A DNA stretch of 64,000 nucleotides from contig NC_068989.1 of assembly GCF_001194135.2 (NCBI RefSeq), positions 44,242,330 to 44,306,329 of the forward strand. The letters run 5' to 3'. Within the stretch, counting starts at the first letter, position 1, and every line of letters begins with the position of its first letter. Below, piece by piece: positions 25,867-38,622 of the stretch. The notes below the pieces were generated by a model. It made no database searches. It saw only the letters and a list, made by a program, of their open reading frames with translations, and was not told the origin of the DNA. This DNA is from Octopus bimaculoides. Lineage: Eukaryota. The translations under genes and the position numbers were made by a program.

Positions 25867-28450
25867 TGTTTACAGAACTTGGAGAAGAAGGAAACCAAGG
25901 AAAATATGGGATGAAGAAGTCAAAACTGATCTCAAGATACTGAAACTCAAAAAAGATGACAAAGAACTGCAATATGTGAGAAGACCCATCCATCCTTTCA
26001 AGCATAGCAAAAGCAGATGTTAAAACGATGGTCATGATAAAGTTTGTGTGTGTATTTGGATTTCTCACTCATAATATTACTGGAAAGCCTCCATCTGCTG
26101 CACTCTTCTACCATTTACTCTCTTATTCATTACACATATCAGCTGTGTAATGGTAGATAGTACTAGATATTTTTGTATCCAATCTCCCTGCCATCACAAT
26201 TCTGGTATAATGTGGGACAACATCAAATCTGTCCACATTTCATAGCATTTGTCATTTCTCTTCTTTATTGTTGGCCATCAATCTTTCTTTCCCATGTCAT
26301 TCATTATTGACAACTGTTACAATGGCCATTTCTATTGCTGTCTGTCACTCAATCTCTATCTTTATTCCTACTAAATACAAACACACTCTTTATCTGACTG
26401 TCTGTCTGTCTTTCTCTCTTCCTTCCTCTATCACTTCTTAACATACATCACCCTCACCTACACCCTCTCCCACTTCCATTCTCTCTTTTGCCCCATCATT
26501 CTCTCTTGCTGCATTACAACATTCATGCAATTTTCTATTCAATGTCTTTACCAACAGTCGTCATGTAGCTGTCTATCACTATCTCTCTTCCACTAATGCT
26601 CCTCTATCACATTTCCACTCCTATCGCTCAGTTTCTCCCATTATATTCACCCTCTTCTTTTCCTCTTTTAACCTAGTTCTTTCTGTCATCACTCTTTGCT
26701 CTGTTTATGCTCTGGGTCATGTTGCCTTGAATAAATGGAGACAATATAATGTAGAGAGAACTCTTGAGTCTTGACATAAGTTTCTTTTTGGAGATATAGG
26801 ATCACTAAGATATATTTTGGAAGCCAAGCCTTCAATGACATGATCTAATGTGTCCTTTTTCATTAAGATCACAGGATGTGATTTGAAAGACATCATAATA
26901 GAGACTGAAAAACAGATTTTGAACTGTCCAAAAGAGTTCATCTTTGACTAGTCATAAGCATACCTCAACTTACATACCTCAACACAAGCATACCTCAACT
27001 TACATTGTTTCAAGTTAAATTTTCTTCAACTTTACATGTTTAAACCTCAACATAGTCAACTTATCCAAATTTGTCGATCTCAATGAACATATTTAAAAGC
27101 ATAAAAATTCTTAAAACATTTAAAAACTGAAGTGGAAAATCAAATAAAATACAGGTGAAAATATAAACTAAGGCAATTTTTAAATGTTTTTTTTTTATGT
27201 TACATCATTTTTTGAGTTAAATTGCATGTCGTGGAACCAAAAGTATATAAGCTGAGGTATTCTTGTACTTTCGTGGACACTTCATTTGGAACATTGATGC
27301 TTAAGAGTTAAGAATCCTCTTGAAACGGTCCATAGCCCTTTATTCAGCATTGATTCTTCAAGTTCTGAGGTTGATGACTCAGTTTTCTAATTTAAGATTG
27401 TTTTTTTGTTTTTTTTTTCCAGAAATACTTTCCTTCTCAAGAACCTGTAGTTTCCCCTGATATAGATCACCTTAATCTTCTCAGGTGTTATATTGTTAAA
27501 CTGCACAATATATCTTGGTATGTGTGGTCAAGATCACTCAACAATATTATCATGGTTTCAAAGGCAGTGAGCTGGCAGAATCATTAGCATGCCAAGCAAA
27601 ATGCTCAGCAGCATTTTATCTGTCTTTACATTCTGAGTTCAAATTCTGTTGATATCGACATTTGCCTTCAGTCCTTCTAGGGTTGATGAAATAAGTACCA
27701 GTCGAACGCTGGGGTTTGACGTGGACTTATTTCCTGCACTGAACTTACTGGCCTTGTACCAAAAGTTGAAACCAATATTACTAAGGCTTCTGCTTTCTGT
27801 ATTAAATTTGATCACATGTACTTTGATTTTGATCACATGTACTTTGATTTTGGTCATATGTACTTTGACCCATGATGTCAGTTTATGTATTCTTTTAGAA
27901 ATACAGAGCTAGCTCGCACTTTGGTCATTTTGATTTTTTAAGTATAAATGTAAACAAACATGCATGTGTACACACACACTCAAACACACTTTTTTCAGTT
28001 TCTATTTACCAAATTTACTCACAAGGTTTTGGTTGGCCCAGAACAGCAGTAGAAGGTCCTACATAATGGGACTGAACCTGAAACTCATGTGGTTGCAAAG
28101 CAAACAACTTCTTAACCACACAGTCATATCTGCAATAAAATGCTGCTTGCCTGTGTCTACTGTAGGCCTATAGACATAAATGAATAGACTGAGCCAGTTA
28201 AATTTCTTTTGCAATTCAAACTGCCACTCTGCCTCATACAACAAACCGCTGTTATGTTAGAATGTATAATCATAACATTCTCAGCCAGCCAGACAAAAAC
28301 ATGGGGGTATGCAAAGTACTCGATATGCGAGTCCTACCAAGACATTTCACCAGACACATATATTTGCAGACCATAGGTGTGGTCAAATATAATATGCACG
28401 GGATAGTACAACAATTCCAAAGTGTTAATAAAATAAATAAACAAAACTCA

Positions 28451-28907
28451 TTACTTACAGTGGACGGGTGGTGTCCTCATGTTGTTTGTTGTTACCACAT
28501 TTCAGTTGATATACTCTCCAGCCTTCATCAGATGTTTTGGTGGAATTTTGAACCCAACCCTTTATTTGACTAATTGGGTACTCTGTTCTCATTCCTAAGG
28601 TATTTTTTTTTTTTTGTTGATGTTANNNNNNNNNNATGTTATTTTTTGCTTATATTATTTCTCAGATTCTGAGTTCAATCTCAGGCAGGGACTTGGGAAA
28701 TAATATCAACAAAAACAAAAACAAAAACATCAGCAAAAAAAAAAAAAAGAATATCTTAGGAATGAGAACAGAGTACCCCATTAGTCAAATAAAGGGTTGA
28801 ATTCAAAATTCCACCAGAACATCTGATGCAGACTGGAGAGTACATCAGCCAAAACATTGTCATAACAACAAACAAGGGCAGGACACCTATCCATCCATTG
28901 CAAATAA
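28451..28907. repeat. Inverted repeat (~155-bp arms) of a Penelope-like terminal sequence
   Basis: 28451-28606 is the imperfect reverse complement of 28748-28907. The arms contain CTGATG...gctggagagtatatcagcc...GAAA-like motifs. Confidence 0.7.
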
Positions 28908-29756
28908 TGTACATAATTCCTCCATCTCAAAAATACAGAATAGTAAACAAAACTCAGTAACCAATAGAATGATTAAACATAACATTTATTTAGTATTTGG
29001 GATATTTCACATAGAATCCATAGCACAATGCTTTAGCTTTCTAGATCAAAGTTATTATTTTTTTTTTTCACGTATCACGAATGTGACGCAAAAATTGTTC
29101 AATTGATCAGTTTGTGTTTAGTACCTACCACCTTGGCAATGATAAATATAAACTAGACATTCCTAGCATGGATTCTAAATGTAGGAGATTGCAAAGAAAA
29201 AAAAAATTTTTTTTTTTTTTCAATTAAAAAAAATATAAAAGGGCAGGGGTGTGGGGATAAAACAAAATAAAAAAAACATAAATAAATAAATTAAAGATAA
29301 CCACATGAGGAAAAAAAATATTAAAACAACATAGAAGCAAAATACAAGGAAATGTGTTTGATTATAACAAATTTGTTTATATGTATTATTATGTAATAGT
29401 ATAACATGTTGAAACAACGAATATACATACACAAATATATATATATATATATAAGAGATATGTTTATGCTATGCTATTTTTTGTAAAAAAAAAACAAAAA
29501 AAAAACAAAAGAAAGTGCGTGATATATGCTTGTGTTAAAAATGTGCATTCGGTTGTGTGTTTGTGTGAAAAAACTAACTAGGGCACCAATCCGGTATTGC
29601 CATTTCATTCTGTATACACTACACAAATGACAAAGATGACAATTTCATATATCTATATACACACACACACTTATATACATACATAAATACATATGTATAA
29701 ATATAGATATAAATATCTAAATAAATATATTTATGTATACATAAATATGTATGTAG

Positions 29757-29800
<44 letters not shown>

Positions 29801-29858
29801 NNNNNNNNNNNNNNNNNNNNNNNNNNNNNNNNNNNNNNNNNNNNNNNNNNNNNNNNNN

Positions 29859-29891
<33 letters not shown>

Positions 29892-30469
29892 CTGGCGTTA
29901 GGAAGGGCATCCAGCTGTAGAAACTCTGCCAAATCAGACTGGAGCCTGGTGTTGCCATCCGGTTTCACCAGTCCTCAGTCAAATCGCCCAACCCATGCTA
30001 GCATGGAAAGCGGACGTTAAACGATGATGATGATGATATATATATATATATATGGTAGTTATATAAATATATAATATATATATATAGATATACATATATT
30101 CTTTTACTTGTTTCAGTCATTTGATTGCGGCCATGCTAGAGCAAGGCCTTTATACATATGTATGTATATGTATATATGCATGTATGTTAACATATCACTT
30201 GTACTAAAATATTTTAAAACATAATCTCATTATGTAATAAAAAGGAGAATTTTAACTGACCAATTAAAAGACCAATTATGTAGAGGAAGGGAAAAAGCCA
30301 ATTGAATGAAGTTCCAGCATATTACTGGTACTTAGACTATTGACGCTGGACATAATAAAATGCAAAGTTAAGTCTGCTGGGGTATGGGGGCATTTTTAAA
30401 TTTGAAACTATGAAGTGGCAACTTTAATTATCATCCTATTTATTATAATAACAGCATTAACATCAACAA

Positions 30470-30507
30470 AGAACAATAATAATAGTAACGATAGTAATAA
30501 TAATAAC

Positions 30508-30550
<43 letters not shown>
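30470..30550 (+). repeat. (AAT)n microsatellite, representative of very abundant (TA)n, (CA)n, (GAT)n, (TAC)n and (TACA)n tracts across the window
   Basis: Read directly. Most spurious low-complexity ORFs in the track arise from these tracts. Confidence 0.95.
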
Positions 30551-30835
30551 TCACAATAGCTCCCTGTAATATGTTATGTCACTACATTATGGTGACAGTT
30601 CACATTTTGGTGCCAATTAAGAGATTTAAAATATTAAGATGCCTAATTAACATTTTTCTTATTTTCCTGTCATTTTTGGTTTAAAAAAAAAATCAAAAAC
30701 AAACAAAAAAAATTTTGATGATGGTTTCTGTTTATGAATGAACTGTAATGAAAAGAAATGAATGAACTGATGTGATTGTTCTCATGTGACTATTACTACT
30801 ACACATACACACACATGCAACACTTTCACAGATAA

Positions 30836-30866
<31 letters not shown>

Positions 30867-31418
30867 CATTACATACATACATATATTACATACTTACATA
30901 CATTACATACATACATATATTACATACTTACATACATTACATGCATACATACATACATTACATACATTACATACATACATGCATACATGCATACATACAT
31001 ACATAGACATACATATGCAACAGTAACATATTAATTTAGTGTTTTTGGTTCTTTTAATTAGTGTGAGGAAAAAAGGTGGTACTTCATTGAGCTCACCAGT
31101 CACCAAAGGGATGAGCTCGACGTTCAGACTGAGTCACTATGTGTCAGGTGAACAACTAACATATGCTTACAATGTATAAATTTTACACCATCATATAAAT
31201 GCATGGCATTTTATAACTAAGAGAAAATCTAAGAATTTACTTTATTATAATGTGCAGCACATACTCTGTTTGTTTTTACGTGAAGTTACATATAAAAACA
31301 ATTTAATATTATATTTCTTAGTAAAGTACATATTTATTAACTTTTACTAAGAAAAAGTTGATATATAATGTGCCAATACGTGAATCTCTTGGACTTCAAA
31401 CCACTCTCTTACTTCTGC

Positions 31419-31459
<41 letters not shown>

Positions 31460-31559
31460 TATTTATTTAAAGGGCACAATACATGTATTTAAGCACTACT
31501 AATAATTTTATATCCTTCAGGAATACTTTTTTGTTGAATTTTCTATCACAGTACAGTAC

Positions 31560-31596
<37 letters not shown>

Positions 31597-32731
31597 CTGG
31601 TTGAATAAGTCTTCAAGCAAAACTTTGAATCCCACTCAATATATATATATGAAGCCTTGGGCCAACAGGCTTTGAGATCTGACAATATGCCATAAAGCTG
31701 GGAAACCTAAAATAATCTCATAAACTGGCCTTTCCCATTTTTAATATATACAATGACCTCTGAGTGGATGAAAGGCAAAGTTGACCTCAGTGGAGTTTGA
31801 ACTAAGAATATAAAAATGAATGAAACCCGCTAAGCAATTTTGTCTGACAGCTTGCCACCTTCACACACACAGAGTAATAAGACAATGTATATTGTAGAAA
31901 TGTTTAATAGATGTTCCTAACTCATTTGTAAAGTATTTCCAATCTTCTATTTCATATTTTTTCACACTGTTTACTAACATAGTATAATTTGTGCATTATT
32001 TCATACAGGAAATAATTATATTGCTCCACACACTGTTTTAATATGGTCACTGTTGCAGCTGCATGCATTGGACCTCTCCCTCTCATAGAAGCACAAACAC
32101 ACATGCATACATACACACACACGTACCTGCATTCAATATACATGCTTACACATATACCAACACTAATAAAGAAAGAAATCTAACAAAAGATTTGGCAATG
32201 TGGAAAGAAGAAAATATTGAAAAGTATAAAGTCTGTCTGATGAATAAAAAAAGAAAAAATAAATACCAAGTAACTTGATAAATGTAAATTAGTTTTCTTT
32301 TAAAAATTAACAAAAAAAAAGAGATATTTTACTCAAATTGGTATAAATTTTTCCTAAAGTCCTCTCCTCCAAAATGATTCTACTACCAAATATTTTCTTT
32401 TATTTAAATGGTTTGTATTTGTATTTTGGTCAGAATTTTGTTTTCTTTCTCAAATGAAATTGTTTTAAACATATTTTTATTTCATATATTGTTTGTTTGT
32501 TAATTTTTTTTTCATTTTGGCTTGTTTGTTCCACTGTGGGGAAAACAATTCCTATGTAATAATTAATGATCACACAGGTTGGTGAAGATGAGTCCAAGTT
32601 TTATTGCTATGATGCAATGCGATGTGATGTGGTGTGTGAAAGTGATGTAATGCGACACGATGTAATGTAATGAACTGATGCACTGTGATGATGTGATGGT
32701 AAAACATCAATATGAGTTTCCAGTGAAGAAT

Positions 32732-32789
32732 TCAAGAGGTTTCGATGATTTGGTTCATGCCACACGGATATCCAATCCAGTTTGGTAAA
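32732..32789 (-). CDS. tim: Timeless terminal coding exon ((D)LPNWIGYPCGMNQIIETS*)
   Basis: Acceptor tctgtcctcag, phase 2 as required; stop TGA at 32732-32734. The 19 exons total 2401 nt (1 nt + 800 codons) with no internal stop. Confidence 0.72.
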
Positions 32790-33145
32790 CTGAGGACAGA
32801 AACAAAATGAAAGTTAAAAAAAACAATTAAACCAAAGAGCAATGTTACTATGACAACACTTAGAGAATACTGCTATGGCAAATAACTAAATATCATTCAA
32901 TTTGGTTAGCCTATAAAATATTTCCGATTTAGACATGAAGCCAGCAATTTTGAGTGATGAGCTTAGTCAATATCCACTACAAGACACTGGTACTTAAATG
33001 GTCCTTTATTTTATTGATCCTGAAAGGATGAAGGGCAAAGTTGACCTCCATGGCATTTGAGTTCAGAATACACAGCGATAAAAGAAATATTGCAAGGCAT
33101 CTTATCAGACTTCCTAAAAAATACGCCTACTCATTGCTTCAGTAT

Positions 33146-33183
<38 letters not shown>

Positions 33184-33807
33184 AATAATAAGGTACTCAG
33201 AGATATGGATGGTTGTACATTTACAGATTTTTATTGATATGTTACATGTTTTTATAAATTATATATTAGCGCTTGCGTCTATCTAATAGATTCTTCAGAT
33301 TTTGAAGAATCTATTAGAGTAGACGCAANNNNNNNNNNNNNNNNNNNNNNNNNNNNNNNNNNNNNNNNNNNNNNNNNNNNNNNNNNNNNNNNNNNNNNNN
33401 NNNNNNNNNNNNNNNNNNNNNNNNNNNNNNNNNNNNNNNNNNNNNNNNNNNNNNNNNNNNNNNNNNNNNNNNNNNNNNNNNNNNNNNNNNNNNNNNNNNN
33501 NNNNNNNNNNNNNNNNNNNNNNNNNNNNNNNNNNNNNNNNNNNNNNNNNNNNNNNNNNNNNNNNNNNNNNNNNNNNNNNNNNNNNNNNNNNNNNNNNNNN
33601 NNNNNNNNNNNNNNNNNNNNNNNNNNNNNNNNNNNNNNNNNNNNNNNNNNNNNNNNNNNNNNNNNNNNNNNNNNNNNNNNNNNNNNNNNNNNNNNNNNNN
33701 NNNNNNNNNNNNNNNNNNNNNNNNNNNNNNNNNNNNNNNNNNNNNNNNNNNNNNNNNNNNNNNNNNNNNNNNNNNNNNNNNNNNNNNNNNNNNNNNNNNN
33801 NNNNNNN

Positions 33808-34098
33808 GCATATGGCTCAGTGGTTAGTGTCAAGCTCACAATCATGAGGTAGTGAGTTCGATTACCAAACCGGGCTGTGTGTTGTGTTCTTGAGCAAGAC
33901 ACTTTATTTCACGTTGCTCCAGTTCACTCAGCCATAGAAATGGGTTGCAACATCACTGATGCCAAGCTGTATTGACATTTGCTTTTCCCTTGGATAACAA
34001 CGGTGACATGGAGAGGGGAGGCTGGTATGCATGGGTGACTGCTGGTCTTCCATAAACAACCTTGCCCAGACTTGTGCCTTGGAGAGTAACTTTCTAGT
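33808..34098 (+). mobile_element. SINE family B; further copies at about 60220-60515(+) and 42375-42640(+, related head)
   Basis: A tRNA-like head (ggctcagtggttag...gagttcgatt) shared with family C, followed by a distinct body ending ggagrgtaactttctag. Confidence 0.75.
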
Positions 34099-34741
34099 TT
34101 TTTTGTTGTTGTTTTTTTACATTGCTCCAATCCACCCAGATGGCAAAAATGAGTAGTACCTGTATTTCAAAGGGTCGGCCTTGTTACATTCTGTATGATG
34201 CTGAATCTCCCTGTGAACTATGTGAAGGGTACATGTGTCTGTGGAGTGCTCAGCACGTTAATTTCATGAGCAAGCTGTTCCACTGATCAGATCATCTGGA
34301 ACTCTTGTCATAGTAACCAATGGAGTGCCTGCTTTAATGTTCAGTGATTAAAGTCAGGATGCATATACAATTGCAAACTACAGTTTTGATACTTATGAGC
34401 GTAATGGCTAACTGAGTTGATCAGAATACTAATGGCTATCCAGCTGAAGGGTCAGCAACTTGGTTTTTCATGACCAACCCTATGTGGTATCAATAAGGCA
34501 ATTCCTGTTAAAAGTTACCATGTCAAAATGCACAGTTCCCTGTTGTCTGCAGTGGGAGCACTGAATAACTAACAAGTATTTTGTTAACTTCTGGAAAAAG
34601 TTAAAATTCTCTTGTGGGTCTAGAGGAAACTAAAGGAACCAGCCAATAATATAGACAGCTAATTGTCTAAAAACTGCTAGTGGCTCAAGACAGGAGATAC
34701 CGAACACACGAAAGAAGACAGTGGAGAAGACATAAACTTAC

Positions 34742-34844
34742 TCAAAAGTTTTGTTTGATGAGACTGTGGTTTCAATATGCTCTGGATATCTTGAGAATGC
34801 TTTTGACATATTAAATCCCAGCATATCATCCAAATTAGATTTGT
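34742..34844 (-). CDS. tim: Timeless C-terminal tail exon ((D)KSNLDDMLGFNMSKAFSRYPEHIETTVSSNKTF)
   Basis: Acceptor atttctttgtag, donor gtaagt; 103 nt, phase 1-2. Confidence 0.72.
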
Positions 34845-35688
34845 CTACAAAGAAATAAGAAATATAAATAAACAGGGATATCTTTTTTTTTTGTTTATTT
34901 TAATGTTTTTAGATATTGAATAAGTCATTAAGGATAAAATTTGTGGTACCATTCAAATTAATATTGCATACATGCATGCACACACACACACACACACATG
35001 CACATACATACATATATGTCATCATCATCATCATCATTTAACATCACTGCTCCATGCTAGCATGTGTTGGATAAGTTGACAGGATCCAAAAGGTCAGAGA
35101 GCTGCATCGTGTTCCAATGTCTGCTTTGGTAAGGTTTCTACACCTGGTTGCCCTTCTTAATAGCAACCACTTAGCAACAAGTATTGAAAATTTTTTTTTT
35201 TTTTTTTTTGTGACACCTGCACCACTGAGGTCATTGTGCAGCTTGCGAGGCTACAATCCCCTTTGGTTGAGGAGATTGACAGTAGGGAGAGAAACGACTT
35301 TAGGCTTGATATTGTATCATCATCATCATCATTTAACGTCCATTCCCATGCTGGCATGAGTTGGATGGTTTGACTAGAGCTAGCAAGCTGAAGAGCTGCA
35401 CTAGACTCCACTGTCTGTTCTAGCATAGTTTCTATGACTGGATGCCCTTCCTAACATCAGCCACTCCCTGGAGTGTACTGGGTGCTTTTTTTATGTGACA
35501 CTAGCATTGATATCAATTCTACTGTGGTGAACAGGTCTTCTTGAGTACAGCAGTCTGATAGATATCTCAGTTCTTCGTTAACGCCTTTCTAAGGCTCAGT
35601 GTTTTGAGATTGGTGTTCAATACTTCATCCTACATCTTCCAGGGTCTCCCTCATCCAAAAGTTCCATCCACTTTAGGTGATTGACACT

Positions 35689-35752
<64 letters not shown>

Positions 35753-36070
35753 TACATACATGCATGCATACTTATAAAATCTTCTGTTGTATCTTAGAAA
35801 GTTCGTTATGCCTATAATAAACATGGTTCTATTTCACGATTGTTTGATTAGTCATTTAGTCAATCACTCAATCAGCTAGGTTGGATAAACAATCAGTTAC
35901 CAATTGACAAATGAATATAAAAGACGTAAAACAGAATCAATGTGTGTGTTTATTACTGGTGTAATGACTTTCCTGGCAAGCATGGTTGTGTGATAAGAAG
36001 CTTGCTTCACAACTACATGGTTGTGGGTTCAGTTCCACAGTGTAGCACCTCAGGAAACTGAAAGAAGCCT

Positions 36071-36103
<33 letters not shown>

Positions 36104-36385
36104 TTGTCCCCCAGTACTGCTTGTCAACCAATGTTGGTGTGTTTATATCCCCACAACTTAGCAGTTCAGCAAAAGAGACTAACAGACTAAGTACCAGGCT
36201 TAAGAAAAATAAGTACTGGGGCTGATTCATTGAATTAAAAATTCTACAAGGCAGTGCCCCAACATGGCCACAGTCTAATAAATGAAACAAGCAAAAGACA
36301 AAAGATACAGGTTCACATCAGAATCTTGCAAACTAAATGTAAAAAGTGAAATATCTGTATAATCAATTAAGCCAAAAAGCCTTAC

Positions 36386-36595
36386 CTTCACACTTGAAAC
36401 TCATTTCAGATCTTTCTATATCTTTCCTGTTGTACGAGAGCAGCCTGTGAATCCACTTTTCCGATGTCCAATCACCGTTCTGTAGTGTTGAGACAATGTG
36501 TGTGTGCAGTGTGTAGATTCGTTTCAACTGCATCTCCTGGTAATAGTTTGGTTGATTTTCCAGCAAAGCTTCCTGGGTTCTACTGTCAATGGCAG
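36386..36595 (-). CDS. tim: Timeless C-terminal tail exon ((A)AIDSRTQEALLENQ...SFKCE)
   Basis: Acceptor ccttttgacag, donor gtaagg; 210 nt open frame, phase 1-1, continuing the previous exon. Confidence 0.78.
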
Positions 36596-37247
36596 CTGTC
36601 AAAAGGAATCGTTATTAATTAGCAAACGAAGTTAATTGTGATTCGAGAGAAGATGGTGACAATGGAAGTCAAGAGACAGATAATGAAATAAGTAACATAT
36701 TGTTGTTGTTGTTGGTGGTGGTGGTGGTGGTGGTGATGGAGGTGATAATCTCTGTTGAACAAATGCATGATGAAAGTCATTCCAACGATGACCATCTAAT
36801 TTTTTTTCTTTTCTATTTTTGGAAATAGTGTCTATGACTAAATGATCCAGTGTCCATCATTTTTCAAGATAGTAGGATGTGATGTAAAGGAAATTTAGCT
36901 GCTATTTCTAGCAAATTGAGGAACCACAAAGAGCAGGCATAGGCATGGTTGGGCTGCATGAGACATGGATCATAATTAGGCAAGCTACACTACCAAAAAA
37001 TCCAATGTAATTTTTCATTAGGTATGGGCCGCAAATTGGAGTTTGACCATGACTGACAGGGAAGTTCTCCGAAGAGACAGGTAAGACAGACAACAAAATA
37101 TTGGCACATTGAAGAACATAGTCAAAAGTGAACTATAGTAGTAGTAGTAGTGATAATCCAGGTTATTTTGTAGTTGGAAGCTTCTGAGGTACTTTATATT
37201 TGAGGAGGTCTGAGCTATATGTATAAGTGACTAAGAGAATCTCTATA

Positions 37248-38111
37248 CGAGGTTAGATCAATAAGTATCCAGACTGTTGCCACAGTAACAAAGCTAAAGC
37301 ATGCAGAGTGAAGCTGCTTGGTACAGATTGACTTTGAACTCTGCTGTACATGCACACTAAGTTTTAACATTGTAGCTCACTTCCATTGTTTAGCATGTGA
37401 GCATCACACAGACCATGACAGAGAAAACTGTCACGGCGATACCTGCTCAGAGGCCTATGCAAAGTTGCAGAAAGTGTATGGAGAAGAGTGTATGAACTGC
37501 ACACAAGTGTACGAGTGATTCAGATGTTTTCAAGATGGCTGAAAAAATGTTGATATTGACAAACGTTCTGGGAGACCTGAAACCAGCAGAACTGAGAAAA
37601 ACATCACAGATGTGCATGCAGTTGTGAGGAGAAATCATCAAAACACGATCCATGAGTTATCAGAGGATGTGCAGGTTAGTTACAGCTCAGTTCAGTCCAT
37701 TACCGTTGAAGATTTGGGCATGAGACACGTGTCTGCCAAGTTTGCACCAAAACTGCATTCAGCTGACCAAAAAGACGGGTTTCAGTTGCACAAAATCTCC
37801 TTGATTGTGTCGAGAACAATGAAAACTTTTTGAAAACTTTGCATAGGGCTCTGAGTAGGTATCACTAAGCTTTTGGCAAAATTTGATGTAGATTTTCTGC
37901 TCAACTTTCTCTGTCATGGTCAATACGACAATCACATGCTACACACGTTCATTCCAAGCATTGCTGTAAACAGTAGAAGTGAGCTAGAATGTTAAAACTT
38001 AGTGCACATGCACAGCAGAGCTCAAGGTCAATCTGTGCTAAGCGACTTCACTCTGTGTGCTTTAGCTTCATTACTATGGCAACAGTCCGGATACTTATTG
38101 ATCAGACCACA
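37248..38111 (+). mobile_element. Internally deleted mariner element with ~125-bp TIRs
   Basis: TA flanks at 37246-47 and 38112-13. The left and right ~125 bp are imperfect reverse complements. The interior encodes a broken mariner HTH (VYGEECMNCTQVYE*F...RSGRP...LGMRHVSAKFAPKL) but no DDD domain. Confidence 0.88.
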
Positions 38112-38421
38112 TACGTGTCTGTGTTAACACACCACACACTGAAATGTTAATCTCTCTCTGTGTCCTGCTTAAACACTGTAATGTGAATCTGTGTGCCTAT
38201 GCTAACACACTACACATTGCAATGTGAATCTTTATATTCACCTATGATAATAAACAACACTGTAATGTGAATCTTTGTTTGCTGATGTTGGTGGTGATAA
38301 TAGATGATGACAACCATGATGATGATGGCCATGATAATGATGATGAATGATAATGGATAACAGAGTATGATGATGGTGGTGATGATGATGATGAGTTTCA
38401 TGGCAAAAAAAAAAAAATTAC

Positions 38422-38622
38422 CATTGTTAAGGGGTCCAATTTCTTCAGCCTTTGACATGAGTTGGTCAATAGTCCAGAACGCTGGAATATGTGGGAAAAT
38501 CCGTCCAGAGTCACTGCCATTGTAGAAACCGAGGTATTTGAGTAAAGTCTGGAAGTGGCAGTCCTCCAAAGCTGCCTCTTGTCTACCGTTGTATGGAATG
38601 AGTGGAACAGGTCGGTTTTGGA
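38422..38622 (-). CDS. tim: Timeless exon, TIMELESS_C ((L)QNRPVPLIPY...LLKYLGF...GRIFPHIPAFWT...IGPLNN)
   Basis: Acceptor acttttttag, donor gtaatt; 201 nt, phase 1-1. Matches QKSIPVVQW...LLHKLG...GSIFARIPDYWT...LGPLD. Confidence 0.94.
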
